A DNA stretch of 64,000 nt, taken from Bacteroidota bacterium (GTDB lineage: Bacteria; Bacteroidota; Ignavibacteria; 0-14-0-80-59-12). Location of the stretch: contig JBMFJZ010000001.1 of the NCBI GenBank assembly GCA_049973045.1, positions 190,316-254,315 of the forward strand, read 5' to 3'. Within the stretch, counting starts at the first letter, position 1; the number at the start of each line of letters is the position of its first letter. Made by a program: the position numbers and the translations under genes. The notes below the pieces were generated by a model. That model was given only the letters and a program-made list of their open reading frames with translations. It was not told the DNA's origin and searched no databases. Shown in pieces: positions 48,001 through 57,174 of this stretch.

Positions 48001-48099
48001 ATCTCTAACAGTTCCATCAATTTTCCCAGTTGTTCCTGCAAAAGCTAAAGTTGCTACAAATAAAAGCGTGACAACAAAAGAGACAGTAACCACTTTCAT
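45091..48099 (-). CDS. TonB-dependent receptor (SusC-like) with N-terminal carboxypeptidase-regulatory-like domain
   Basis: Signal peptide; CarbopepD_reg-like segment; plug-domain motifs (FNAEYGN, SGVINIVT); ~1000 aa. Start at ATG 48099 with RBS AGGAG. C-terminus ends ...SYDIP rather than the usual aromatic residue. Confidence 0.75.
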   Translation of the reverse strand: MKVVTVSFVVTLLFVATLAFAGTTGKIDGTVRDAQTGEKLVGVNVIVEGTRLGASTNVDGYFVILSVPPGTYRLKASLVGYAPSTISGVRVNIDQTTTVNFSLSEATITTGEVTVVATRPVIEKDVSASTTNLSIEQIQPLPTTSVTFAIGLQAGIQGLTIRGGTSDQTAFMLDGLTLRDERNNTPFTSISYTAVKDIQIQTGGFNAEYGNIRSGVINIVTREGSTDRYTVGLIARYRPPGPKHFGSPLNSLDFYWVRPYLDPAVCWTGTKNGAWDAYTQKQYPEFEGWIAIAQKSLQSGDSTKFLTPTAAQRLWLWQHRKQFEIAKPDYDVDASFGGPVPGIGKMLGDLRFFTSYRQTRTMYFVPLSKDSYEDYSFQLKLTSDVGKGMKLMLEGLTGQQSGTNDNNAGLPGIFNSSVSIAEAFSQVSYIDTRMFTYDYWAPSTVTYNMLGGKLSHVLSSSTFYEASLRAFRSAYNTNPGRLRDTSRIYRFGNYYYVDEAPFGFWPQPSYAIDGMRMSVGMSNSRDSSKVTVWEARFDITSQLDRYNQVKAGFEFVYTDNNVSYASVDAYLPSGRSWSHWHTYPTRAALYAQDKLEFEGMIANVGLRLDYSYAGGYWYKFTPYDPALSGEYSLGLDTLLQHEPTKRIITLSPRLGVSFPITENSKLYFNYGHFRQMPTPDDLYLIRRFSDNNAVTWMADPNAPLPKTVAYELGYEQSLFNQFLIHIAAYYKDVSQERTSTRYISSDTKVNYSLSTSNLYRDIRGFEVTLSKTRGNWLQGFVNYTYMVSTYGRFGYQTYYQSPADMRQYMRTNYSDLYQTKPVPRPYARLNLDFFTPYDFGPTLGVIRPLSGWHLNLLGSWQAGTYFTWTGGAYIPGVQYNIQWKDYINFDLRISKLFKIAGANLEVFADVYNVFNIKYMYPFIGFYDSKDFQAYMMSLHLPAEIAGDQQNQKLGYPNTPGNDKPGDYRSDEKPYIDMPNLYQLAFLNPRNIFWGIRVSYDIP

Positions 48100-48511
48100 G
48101 AGCTGCTTCTCCTCTTTTACAGAGTGAAACAAGAAAGAAATGATGATGTGCTATTAGCGGTTTGCTGAGACGCGCGATATCGCACCGTCGGTTGAGCATC
48201 AAAATCCTCCGATTAGGAATATACAAAAAATACGTAGTGATGTCAAGCTTTTGGGACGACTTTGCTGGCTCAACTTGAATAATCAAGCAGAATCCTCATC
48301 GACCCCAGACACCGCACCCCTGTTTTCAGTTATTGATTTTTTGGCGCTGTATCTACTTAGTTAGGGGCATGTAGCGCTCCAATCAACAGGATTTTGCACC
48401 CTTGAAACAAACCTTGCATCTCTTTCAAGAATTTTGCAGAATAATGGCGGCGCTCTGTATCGCCTCTCCTAAAGTTTGGCGAGTTTTCATTACATTTGAT
48501 GGGATAGTACT

Positions 48512-51121
48512 ATGAAGCTTTCTCAGAAGGTCGCTTCCTTATTTGCTTTTATTCTGGTGTTTATTTTTCCATGGATCAGCAATTCACAAGACGTTTCGCT
48601 TCTGCGCTCAGCTTTTGAATCTGCAAGTAAAGAATTCGATGTTCCAGTCGAACTTCTTAAAGGCATTGCATTTGTTGAATCGCGATGGACGCAGCTTCAG
48701 CCTCATGCAGATTCCTCCTCGGCAAACTGTACAGGGATGCCCCCAGCCTACGGGGTCATGGGTCTGCGGGATGATGAATACTTTGGACATTCACTTGTCG
48801 AAGCAGCGAAATTGATTCATCGTTCGCCTGAAGAACTGAAGCACAATCCTGCTGAGAATATTCGTGGGGCAGCCGCACTATTGAAGAAGCTTGCAGCTAC
48901 TCATTTGAAGAAAGCTGCCCCTCAGCTTGAGTCATGGAATGACGTTGTCGCTGCCTATAGTGGGATCCCTCAGCAGGCTATTGCACGACTTTATGCACAG
49001 GACGTGTATCGGGTTCTTGCCACGGGCTGGCATTCAGAACGGATTGATATTGAGCCTCACGTCATTCAGATGAATCTCAACTCGGATTCCCTCATACGAG
49101 CAATGGGAGGAGAACCACTTCCGCCATCGCTGTTGTCTGATGACTATCCACTGGCAGTGTGGGATCCAAGTCAGAATTTCAGCTCGCGTGGGGGGGAAGC
49201 AATTACCCGGGTCATTATCCATGACACAGAAGGATCGTTTGCCGGTGCTCTCTCATGGCTAAAAAATCCACAGGCTCAGGCAAGTGCTCATTACATCATC
49301 CGCAGCTCTGATGGATATATTGTTCAACTGGTGCGCGAGCGAGACAAGGCATGGCATGCAAGGTGCTGGAATCCATTTACGGTTGGAATCGAGCATGAAG
49401 GGTATGTAAATAATCCTTCATTTTTTACTGACGTCATGTATCGCTCATCGGCTGCACTCACACGCAGCATCACAAGGAAGTATGGTATTCCACAGGATTT
49501 GTATCACATCATTGGGCATGGCGTCTGGACGCAAAGGAGCATCTGGTCGGTAATTCGTCACGACCAGGATTTTGCACGATATGACCCCAATAGCACCGAC
49601 TATAGTTCATGCAATGATCATACAGACCCAGGCCAGTACTGGAACTGGCAATACTATCTGGCTCTTGTCAAAGCGGATAGTGCACCACCGCGCATCTTAG
49701 CTATGGCTCCCTCTCCCGGAACCATTGGATACAAGGCATACAAACCTCTCGTGATTACATTTGATAAGCCGATGATTCAACAGCGGACGGATTCAGCGCT
49801 TCACATAACTCCACCGATCCAGGGCTCGATCACCTGGTCAAACAATTATCAGACTATGACGTTCCGGCCTAATCAATTTTGGAATTTCTCGACTACGTAT
49901 ACCGTCATGGTTGATACAACGGCTCTGAGCATCGCAGGAATTTCAATCGATGGCAATGGAGATGGCACAGGGGGAGATCCCTTCATGGCACAGTTTACAA
50001 CCACTGCACCTGATATTACACCTCCACGTATAATCAGCGTATATCCATTGTGGGGGATGGATAATGTGTCAACATATACATCGATGCGAATTGTGTTTGA
50101 TGAGCCAGTGCAATGGTCTTCACTTGCTGGGCGCGTTTTGCTGTACGACGATAGCAGTCGTATAGTCGGTGTGACGGAGGCTCGAAGCGATACAGTGAAC
50201 GATTTCAATTACGTGACGTTCAGGCCTGCTGCTCCGCTTCGCTCCCACGCAGGGTATGCGATCAAACTTGGTGCTGGTATCAAGGACCTTTTCGGAAACG
50301 GAACGACAAATGATGAATGGATTTACTTTTTCACACAGAATGAATTTCTTCCTGGCGTGGTTGTTGATAGCTTTGAAACTCAAGCTGGTTGGCAACAGCC
50401 CATGGCGAGTCTCGCCACAGTGGGAGCTGATTCTGCCCGAACAAAATTTGCCATCTCAAATGAACGTGTCTATGCAGGACGTTATGCGGGTAAACTTTCA
50501 TACGCTTTTCTCTATGATAGCGGTGGGCTTGTGTGCGAACATAATGCTGCAGGGGTTCCTATCGAAGGAAGGTCAACGATTGGTGCATGGATTTATGGTG
50601 ACGCGAGTGGCAACACTCTGGAGTTATGGTTTTCACCCGGTGACACAAAGATTGTAATCGGTCCCTTAGTCTGGTTTGGCTGGCGGTACGTGAACGTTTT
50701 TGTAAGAGATGTGCCGGGAAACAGCCGCTCTTTAAGCAGCATCATCGTCCGGCAAGTGCCGGGAGCTTCGAAAGGCGGGGCTATTTTCATTGATGATCTT
50801 CAAGTCAATGGATTGATCTCGAAGGTGGAATCACAGCCGTTAGTTCCTGAACGAGCTTACCTCAATCAGAACTATCCAAACCCGTTCAATTCGTCCACGA
50901 TAATTTCATTTGGCTTACCGGAACCGGCAGCAGTAACGCTGAAAGTCTACGATGTTCTTGGGCGGGAGGTGGCGACACTGGTCAGCGGGAAAATAGCGGC
51001 TGGGACACATATGGTGACGTTCGATGCCTCCCATCTTCCGAGCGGTATTTATTTTTATCGCCTTGAGATGAACGGTGCAACTCACTTTGTTTCAATAAAG
51101 AAATTGGTTCTTTTAAGGTAA
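48512..51121 (+). CDS. Secreted N-acetylmuramoyl-L-alanine amidase (Amidase_2/PGRP-like) with Ig-like domains and T9SS CTD
   Basis: VIIHDTEGSFAGALSWL...AHYIIRSSDG...GIEHEGY amidase_2 motifs; SbsA/Big-like repeats; C-terminal LNQNYPNPFNSSTIISF. Confidence 0.75.
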   Translation: MKLSQKVASLFAFILVFIFPWISNSQDVSLLRSAFESASKEFDVPVELLKGIAFVESRWTQLQPHADSSSANCTGMPPAYGVMGLRDDEYFGHSLVEAAKLIHRSPEELKHNPAENIRGAAALLKKLAATHLKKAAPQLESWNDVVAAYSGIPQQAIARLYAQDVYRVLATGWHSERIDIEPHVIQMNLNSDSLIRAMGGEPLPPSLLSDDYPLAVWDPSQNFSSRGGEAITRVIIHDTEGSFAGALSWLKNPQAQASAHYIIRSSDGYIVQLVRERDKAWHARCWNPFTVGIEHEGYVNNPSFFTDVMYRSSAALTRSITRKYGIPQDLYHIIGHGVWTQRSIWSVIRHDQDFARYDPNSTDYSSCNDHTDPGQYWNWQYYLALVKADSAPPRILAMAPSPGTIGYKAYKPLVITFDKPMIQQRTDSALHITPPIQGSITWSNNYQTMTFRPNQFWNFSTTYTVMVDTTALSIAGISIDGNGDGTGGDPFMAQFTTTAPDITPPRIISVYPLWGMDNVSTYTSMRIVFDEPVQWSSLAGRVLLYDDSSRIVGVTEARSDTVNDFNYVTFRPAAPLRSHAGYAIKLGAGIKDLFGNGTTNDEWIYFFTQNEFLPGVVVDSFETQAGWQQPMASLATVGADSARTKFAISNERVYAGRYAGKLSYAFLYDSGGLVCEHNAAGVPIEGRSTIGAWIYGDASGNTLELWFSPGDTKIVIGPLVWFGWRYVNVFVRDVPGNSRSLSSIIVRQVPGASKGGAIFIDDLQVNGLISKVESQPLVPERAYLNQNYPNPFNSSTIISFGLPEPAAVTLKVYDVLGREVATLVSGKIAAGTHMVTFDASHLPSGIYFYRLEMNGATHFVSIKKLVLLR

Positions 51122-51263
51122 TACCACAATGAAAAACCGATTGTGGCTCTCTCTTGCTCTTCTCGTCTTCGCTTTTAGTGGCACCTGAGGCGCCATTTGG
51201 AGCCAACTTAAGCCAAAGCCTTATGAGCCTCTGGCTCAGAATGTACTGACACCATGTGTTACA

Positions 51264-51653
51264 GTGAAGATTTATTTTGAGAATGACTCCCTCGAGCAAC
51301 GTGATGCTGTAGAGATGGGGCAGCATGGGGAATTTGTTCGTGTGTATCCCATAAAGCGATGTATTTCTGCTCTGCAACTACCTACAGCAACACTTCGGGA
51401 ACTTCTGAAGGGACCTACCGAGGCAGAGCGAGAGCAGGGTTACGACACTAATCTTGAAGGACTCACTCTCAGACGTTTTTGGGTTCGTCGGGGTGTTGCA
51501 ACAGTTGATTTAGTAGGCGAGCTTCGCTTGCGCGGTGAGCTATCCGGCCTGCGTCTTCGACTGCAGGTTGAAAAAACACTTAAGCAATTTCGTACCATAC
51601 GTAAAGTCGTAATCCGTGTCAATGGCAGAACAGATTTTGATTCATTGAGGTGA
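51264..51653 (+). CDS. GerMN-domain protein; intact ORF lacks the signal peptide, which lies upstream beyond an in-frame TGA
   Basis: VKIYFEND...LRELLKGPTEAEREQGY...VATVDL...IRKVVIRVNG fits the GerMN pattern. Same-frame ATG at 51129 encodes MKNRLWLSLALLVFAFSGT and is followed by TGA at 51186-51188. Confidence 0.5.
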   Translation: MKIYFENDSLEQRDAVEMGQHGEFVRVYPIKRCISALQLPTATLRELLKGPTEAEREQGYDTNLEGLTLRRFWVRRGVATVDLVGELRLRGELSGLRLRLQVEKTLKQFRTIRKVVIRVNGRTDFDSLR

Positions 51654-52561
51654 CAATGGCAAACAAGAAAAAGGTTGGATTTATTGGCTTAGGAACAATG
51701 GGTAAGCCAATGGCAAGGAACCTTCTGAGAGCTGGCTACGATCTTGTGGTCTATAATCGGACACAGGAGAAAATCAGCCAGGGTGGACTTGTGGCAGCAG
51801 GGGCAAAAAGCGCAGCTTCCCCAAAAGAGGTTGGTGAAAGTGCAGAGATAATTTTCCTCATGCTAACTGATCCTGCTGCAGTTGATCAAATTCTATTTGG
51901 CAAAGATGGAGTTGTTGATGGTGCGAGAGCAGGTGCGTTAATTGTGGATTGCAGTACAGTTCCACCAACGTTTTCACGGTCACTCGCTGAAAGACTCCGT
52001 GAGAGAGAAATGATGTTTATAGACGCTCCTGTTACTGGCAGCAAGCAGGCAGCAGAAAATGCGGAGCTTGTTTTCCTTGTCGGCGGTGAGGCCGAAAACG
52101 TCGCTGTTGTGAAGCCCTTGCTGGAGAAAATGGGGAAGGCGGTCTTTCATCTTGGCGGAGTCGGTATGGGATCCTCAACAAAGCTGGCGGTGAATCTCAT
52201 GCTGGCAACTATGATGGTGGCGTTTGCGGAAGGACTGCTCTTTGCCGAAAGTTTGAGAGTTCCCCGTGAAAAACTTCTCGAAGTTGTCGGCATGAGCGCA
52301 ATACAGTCACCTCTTTTTCGACTGAAAGGAATGGTGATCCAGCAAGACGATTACACGCCAAGCTTTGCCCTTGACCTGATGCTGAAAGATTTGCGCCTTA
52401 TCGCTGATGAAGCAGCAAGGACAAATACACCGCTGCCGGTTACGGGGTTGGTAAAGGAGCTCTACACTTCAGCAGCGGTGAATGGATTTGGCGGTGAGGA
52501 TTTCGCTGCTGTCTTCAAGTTTTATAAATTTCTTACGGCTGGTTCGAAAAAGAAAGATTAA
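51650..52561 (+). CDS. NAD(P)-dependent oxidoreductase, 3-hydroxyisobutyrate dehydrogenase family
   Basis: Rossmann motif VGFIGLGTMGKPMARNL and conserved HIBADH-type catalytic region. Confidence 0.85.
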   Translation: MTMANKKKVGFIGLGTMGKPMARNLLRAGYDLVVYNRTQEKISQGGLVAAGAKSAASPKEVGESAEIIFLMLTDPAAVDQILFGKDGVVDGARAGALIVDCSTVPPTFSRSLAERLREREMMFIDAPVTGSKQAAENAELVFLVGGEAENVAVVKPLLEKMGKAVFHLGGVGMGSSTKLAVNLMLATMMVAFAEGLLFAESLRVPREKLLEVVGMSAIQSPLFRLKGMVIQQDDYTPSFALDLMLKDLRLIADEAARTNTPLPVTGLVKELYTSAAVNGFGGEDFAAVFKFYKFLTAGSKKKD

Positions 52562-52576
52562 CCCCGGAGTTCAAAA

Positions 52577-54067
52577 ATGGACTATGTTTCCCCTCAGAAG
52601 TTGGTTATCGGAGCTGCTGGAGAAAACTTTCCGGCGCTGCGTCACCTTGTAGATAGAGTGTTGACCTGGCATCAGATGTGGCGACAAGGGGCGTATCCAA
52701 ACGATCCCCCGTGGGAATGGATTCGGCTTTCCGGTGAGGAGGAGGAAAAACTTCGCTGCGCGCTGGATGAGTTCCTTAAGCGCTTCTCGGTGAATCTCCC
52801 GTTTTTCAGTCCACGCTACGCGGCGCAGATGCTCAAAGACCCTTCGCTTCCTGCGCTGCTTGGATACATAGCGGCACTTCTCTTGAACCCAAATAATCAT
52901 GCATACGAAGGTGGACCCGCAACGACAGAGATGGAGATGGAAGTTATCGGCGATCTCCTCCGATTCATAGGGTTTGGCAGTGGCTGGGGGCATCTTGCCA
53001 GCGGTGGCTCACTGGCGAACATGGAAGCACTCTGGGCTGTCCGTGACTTTCGAAAGCGAGGAATTGCTGTCTTTTCTCGTGGCTCGCATTATTCATGGAA
53101 GCGGATTGCATCAATTCTCCGAATCGATGGATACGAGGAAATTGATGTCGATGATCACTATCGAATTGACCTCAACCATCTGGAGGATGTGCTACGAAAG
53201 CGAAATGTGATCTTTGTCATGGCGAATCTCGGAACAACAGGTGTCGGTGCTATTGATCCAATCAAAGAGATCGTTGCACTCCGTGAGCATTACGGATTCC
53301 ACCTTCATGTAGATGCAGCGTATGGTGGATACGCTCGAAGCGTTGTTCTTGAAGAAGGCTATTCGGTGCTTCCTCAAAGTGCCGTACTTTGGTTAGAGAA
53401 ATATGTCTACGATCAGCTTGTCGCTCTGAAGCATGCTGATTCCGTGACAATTGATCCTCATAAGCATGGGTTAGCTCCGTATGGAGCTGGTGCGGTGCTT
53501 TACAAGGACGAGCGAATACGCGATGTTATCCTGAACACTGCTCCTTATACGTATCACAAATTGGATAAGCCCAACATCGGCATGTGGACGCTCGAAGGTT
53601 CGCGGCCCGGAGCGTCCGCGGCTGCAGTTTGGCTCACGCATAAGCTGATCCCCCTTGATCAGCGTGGCTTCGGGAAGATTTTAAAGGAAACGATGGAGAC
53701 AGCAAGGGAATTTTCCGCTAAATTGAAGGCTACCAGTCATCTTGTACCGTTAAGCAAACCTGATCTGGACATCTTATGCTTCTATGATGACGCACCAGAA
53801 ACAAAGCTTAGCGAGGTGAATGAGAGAACTGAGAAGCTCTATCAGAACTTTTCAGTGGAAAATCCGAAGGCGCCATTTGTATTCTCGAAATTTGTTATTG
53901 CGGGGCAGCCTCTCAAGCGCCTTTTCCCACGCCATTTGCATGATGCGGAAAGTGTGACGGTGATGCGTGGAGTCCTCATGAAGCCGTACTTAAGAGACTA
54001 TGCAGGGAAATCGTATTTGGCAGAGTTGCTCTCGTTGCTGGAAGGAGATGGAGGTTTAGGGAGATGA
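52577..54067 (+). CDS. PLP-dependent group II decarboxylase family protein
   Basis: 496 aa; fold-type I pattern with HKHG segment (DPHKHGLAPYGAG) as candidate PLP-binding lysine. Confidence 0.7.
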   Translation: MDYVSPQKLVIGAAGENFPALRHLVDRVLTWHQMWRQGAYPNDPPWEWIRLSGEEEEKLRCALDEFLKRFSVNLPFFSPRYAAQMLKDPSLPALLGYIAALLLNPNNHAYEGGPATTEMEMEVIGDLLRFIGFGSGWGHLASGGSLANMEALWAVRDFRKRGIAVFSRGSHYSWKRIASILRIDGYEEIDVDDHYRIDLNHLEDVLRKRNVIFVMANLGTTGVGAIDPIKEIVALREHYGFHLHVDAAYGGYARSVVLEEGYSVLPQSAVLWLEKYVYDQLVALKHADSVTIDPHKHGLAPYGAGAVLYKDERIRDVILNTAPYTYHKLDKPNIGMWTLEGSRPGASAAAVWLTHKLIPLDQRGFGKILKETMETAREFSAKLKATSHLVPLSKPDLDILCFYDDAPETKLSEVNERTEKLYQNFSVENPKAPFVFSKFVIAGQPLKRLFPRHLHDAESVTVMRGVLMKPYLRDYAGKSYLAELLSLLEGDGGLGR

Positions 54068-54302
54068 CAGAAAGCTCAAGTGTTGCCGGTATGTGGACAT
54101 CATCGTGCTTCAGCACTCACAAGTTCGAAACAGGGAGAGCCGGAACTGTAGCTTCACACAAGCCAGGCACAATTTGCCAAAAGAAGTCAAAACTGTTATA
54201 TTAAATCTTTGCAAGGCTTGCCTTCCCTGCTTACGGGCGGCAAGTGGTGCTGTGAGCTAGGCGCTAAGAACGCCAGGCTTTGAGCACCGACCTTTCGGTA
54301 TT

Positions 54303-54375
54303 GCGCCCATGGCTCAATTGGTAGAGCAACTGACTCTTAATCAGTGGGTTCCAGGTTCGAGTCCTGGTGGGCGCA
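54303..54375 (+). tRNA. tRNA-Lys (anticodon CTT)
   Basis: GCGCCCATGGCTCAATTGGTAGAGCAACTGACTCTTAATCAGTGGGTTCCAGGTTCGAGTCCTGGTGGGCGCA; 7 bp acceptor, GGTTCGAGT T-loop, anticodon loop CTCTTAA. Confidence 0.85.
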
Positions 54376-54458
54376 CAAGGTCGTCTTTTTCCAGAGTGAC
54401 CTTGGATGCTAGGGAACCGTAGTCCTTCAGCACTCATGTGGATAACACATTTCTCACC

Positions 54459-54494
54459 CCGCCTTTGGCGGACTTACAGCCCGCCTTTGGCGGG
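54459..54494 (+). terminator. Tandem short hairpins downstream of tRNA-Lys (terminator-like)
   Basis: Two copies of CCGCC-TTT-GGCGG (54459-54471 and 54481-54493), about 85 nt after the tRNA 3' end. Confidence 0.35.
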
Positions 54495-54579
54495 TTCTTG
54501 ATTTCCATGGCGCTCTTGGAGCCACATTGTTCTTCGCTAAGGGACACTCCTTGGGGATTTGAAACACGGAGCTTTTTGG

Positions 54580-55878
54580 ATGAAATTTCTTTGTGGTCTC
54601 GCACGGAAAAGATTCGATGCTTTTACTCTCTTCTTCATTTTGGTGAACGGAGTTCTTGCGGGCGGCTGCGGCACATCGCTGCCAACAGGCGAACGACAGA
54701 TGGGACGTGACCAACTTGTTTCTCCGTTAGCGCATTATCATTTTTTAAGCTATCTGAATGAAGCTGGCGAGAAGATTTTTCGATTCTTTGCCCGGATCGC
54801 CTATGACGACGTCGTCTTTGTGCTGGATACCACAGGGCGATATAGTGCAAGCTACGCTATCTCTGTAGATTTCTTCAATGATGAGGGCATTCAAGATTAT
54901 GTGACTGGCAGAACAATTGAACGTTCCGTGACAACCGCATCGTATGCAGAAACAAATTCGCTCACAAAGTTTGACACAACTGATGTCCCTCTATCAATTG
55001 TTCCCGGTACATATTATGTCGTCATCCGACTTGTTGATCACAATAGTGGCCGGGAATCGTTTCAGCAGTCGAAAGTACGGGTGAAAGATTTCTCAAGTGG
55101 TGGCATCGTCCTCAGTAGTGTATTTCTCCTTTCCTCATCTGCAGATCTACCGCAGCAAACGGGCAAGTATGAATCGCTGGATGAGATTGCTGATCTCTCG
55201 AAGAACTTTGTTGCTGCGGTCGAAATGAAGGCGAATCGCGCTGGGAGTGCTCGTGTTCAGTTCTCAGTGATTTCAGGGAGCGGGGGCAGGGCGCTTGATA
55301 GCACGGTCGTTACCTCTGTGGACTCAGGTCAGATTCTCTGGGAGTCAATGGAAATTCCATCTGATAAGCTGACCTCCGGGTACTATACTGTCCTTGTTCG
55401 AGCAATTCTCGATACAGCCTCTGACACGAGCGAAGGGAGGTTTTCTGTTACGCAAACTCTTGTCCCGACAGGGAAGCTGCAACTTGAGGAGGCTATTGAC
55501 GAACTATCGATTATCGCAACATCAGGTGAACTTAAGAAGCTCAAAGAAGGGTCCTTTGCTGAGCGGCAAGAGAACTTTAAGAAATATTGGCTAACGATGG
55601 CAAATGGGGACGAGGCCCTTGCGGAAGCTCTCATGCGTGAGTATTATAGTCGTGTAGCAAGAGCAAATGAACGCTTTTCCTTTGGGAAAGTTTCAGGATG
55701 GCGAACTGATCGAGGGAGAGTTTATGTGAAGTACGGTATTCCCAGTAGTGTTGAACGCTCCCAACCAAGTTTTTCAGGACCGATCTTCGAGATCTGGAGT
55801 TACTACAACCTTAAGAAGCGTTTCATATTTATCGATCAATTTCAAACTGGTGATTTCCGTTTGTACAGAGAAGAGTAG
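54580..55878 (+). CDS. GWxTD domain protein (secreted/lipoprotein-like)
   Basis: C-terminal GWRTDRGRVYVKYGIPS matches the GWxTD motif; N-terminal signal-like region with Cys; ATG 54580 preceded by GGAG. Confidence 0.7.
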   Translation: MKFLCGLARKRFDAFTLFFILVNGVLAGGCGTSLPTGERQMGRDQLVSPLAHYHFLSYLNEAGEKIFRFFARIAYDDVVFVLDTTGRYSASYAISVDFFNDEGIQDYVTGRTIERSVTTASYAETNSLTKFDTTDVPLSIVPGTYYVVIRLVDHNSGRESFQQSKVRVKDFSSGGIVLSSVFLLSSSADLPQQTGKYESLDEIADLSKNFVAAVEMKANRAGSARVQFSVISGSGGRALDSTVVTSVDSGQILWESMEIPSDKLTSGYYTVLVRAILDTASDTSEGRFSVTQTLVPTGKLQLEEAIDELSIIATSGELKKLKEGSFAERQENFKKYWLTMANGDEALAEALMREYYSRVARANERFSFGKVSGWRTDRGRVYVKYGIPSSVERSQPSFSGPIFEIWSYYNLKKRFIFIDQFQTGDFRLYREE

Positions 55879-55883
55879 CTTTT

Positions 55884-56426
55884 ATGGAGAGTGTTATTAC
55901 TGTGAGGCCGTTTCGTACGAAGAGTGAAACGTATAAAGAACTCTTGTCTCAGATAGAGTCATTGATTTCCGGTGAACCTGACCTCATTGGAGATCTGGCA
56001 AATGTTGTATCGGCTCTGAAGTTTTCTTTTCCATATTACTCATGGGTCGGTTTTTATTTCAGCTTAGGGAGCATTTTATTACTCGGACCGTTTCGGGGGA
56101 AACCTGCTTGCGCGAGGCTCGAAGTGGGGAAAGGCGTTTGCGGCACGGCGGCAGCTGAGAATCGAACCGTGATTGTTCCCAATGTTTATGAATTCCCCGG
56201 ACATATCTTTTGCGACGAGAATTCAAGATCTGAGATAGTTGTTCCTTTAAGTAAAGACGGTAAAGTCCTTGGCGTGCTTGATATTGATAGCTATGACTTT
56301 AATCAGTTTGACGCAGTTGATGCGCTGTGGTTGGAGAAAATTGCACAACGGCTGAGCTATAGCTTAGCGGATTCTCTGATCTCATACTGTTTATGGGTTT
56401 CAGGTCGTTTTCATGGGGCAAAGTAG
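55884..56426 (+). CDS. GAF domain protein (free methionine-R-sulfoxide reductase-like)
   Basis: 180 aa; WVGFYF...GKGVCGTAAAENRTVIVPNV...VLGVLDIDS pattern typical of single-domain GAF/fRMsr proteins. Confidence 0.7.
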   Translation: MESVITVRPFRTKSETYKELLSQIESLISGEPDLIGDLANVVSALKFSFPYYSWVGFYFSLGSILLLGPFRGKPACARLEVGKGVCGTAAAENRTVIVPNVYEFPGHIFCDENSRSEIVVPLSKDGKVLGVLDIDSYDFNQFDAVDALWLEKIAQRLSYSLADSLISYCLWVSGRFHGAK

Positions 56427-57174
56427 TTCAACCCGTCCGGTGGCACTTGTTACAGGCGCAGGTCGCAGGCTTGGAAGATACATTGCGCAAGGGTTAATTG
56501 AAAAAGGATATGACCTTCTGGTCCATTTTCACGCCTCCGAAGAGGGTGCCTTATCATTGGTGGAGCGTGCCAAACAGACTGGTGGAAATGCTGCGATAGT
56601 TAAGGCTGACCTATCAACGGTTACGGGAGTTACCTTACTTGTCGACAAGGCTTTCGAGCAGTTCAAACGTATTGATCTTCTTGTGAACAATGCAGGGGTT
56701 TTTCTTAGTGGAAGTGCGTTAAACGCTTCCGAAGAAGTGTGGGATATGACGATCAATGTGAATCTTCGTGCGATCTTTTTTCTGTGCCAGAAAATTGGGC
56801 GCCAGATGCTTTCAAACGGTGGAGGGAGAATTATAAATATCGCGTCCCTGGGCGGCTTTCAACCATGGGTTGAACATGCCCCATACAGTATCTCGAAAGC
56901 AGGGGTCATAATGTTAACCAGAATTTTTGCAAAGGCACTTGCTCCAGATGTTCTCGTCAATGCGATTGCTCCGGGAGTTATTCTTATGCAGGACGAAATC
57001 ACTAAGGCGCAACATATCCCCGAAGAGAGGATCCCTCTCAAGCGTTATGGCACGTACAAAGATATCGTTGAGGCTGTGCTATTTTTTGCTACGCAAGCAA
57101 GCTATACTACTGGACAAGTTTTAATGGTCGACGGAGGACGTTTTTTATCCGCCTATGGTGGAGATGTGGGATGA
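56413..57174 (+). CDS. SDR family NAD(P)-dependent oxidoreductase
   Basis: ALVTGAGRRLG glycine-rich motif, NNAG, and YSISKAG catalytic Tyr/Lys motif. Confidence 0.85.
   Translation: MGQSSSTRPVALVTGAGRRLGRYIAQGLIEKGYDLLVHFHASEEGALSLVERAKQTGGNAAIVKADLSTVTGVTLLVDKAFEQFKRIDLLVNNAGVFLSGSALNASEEVWDMTINVNLRAIFFLCQKIGRQMLSNGGGRIINIASLGGFQPWVEHAPYSISKAGVIMLTRIFAKALAPDVLVNAIAPGVILMQDEITKAQHIPEERIPLKRYGTYKDIVEAVLFFATQASYTTGQVLMVDGGRFLSAYGGDVG

Noticed and set aside
48133-48511. Inverted repeat CTTGAAA...TTTCAAG in the divergent promoter region between the TonB-dependent receptor and the amidase gene
   Set aside because: A single 7 bp imperfect palindrome with a 15 nt spacer; plausible regulator site but not distinguishable from chance without comparative data.
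51186-51188. In-frame TGA read as selenocysteine
   Set aside because: Surrounding context (SGT-TGA-GAIW) is not a redox motif and I see no SECIS-like hairpin or selenoprotein machinery in the window; a nonsense mutation or sequencing error is more parsimonious (kept as a finding).
54108-54437. 12-nt direct repeat cttcagcactca flanking tRNA-Lys (about 54108 and 54426)
   Set aside because: A single 12-mer pair within ~320 bp is near chance expectation, it does not duplicate the tRNA 3' end, and there is no integrase; not treated as att sites.
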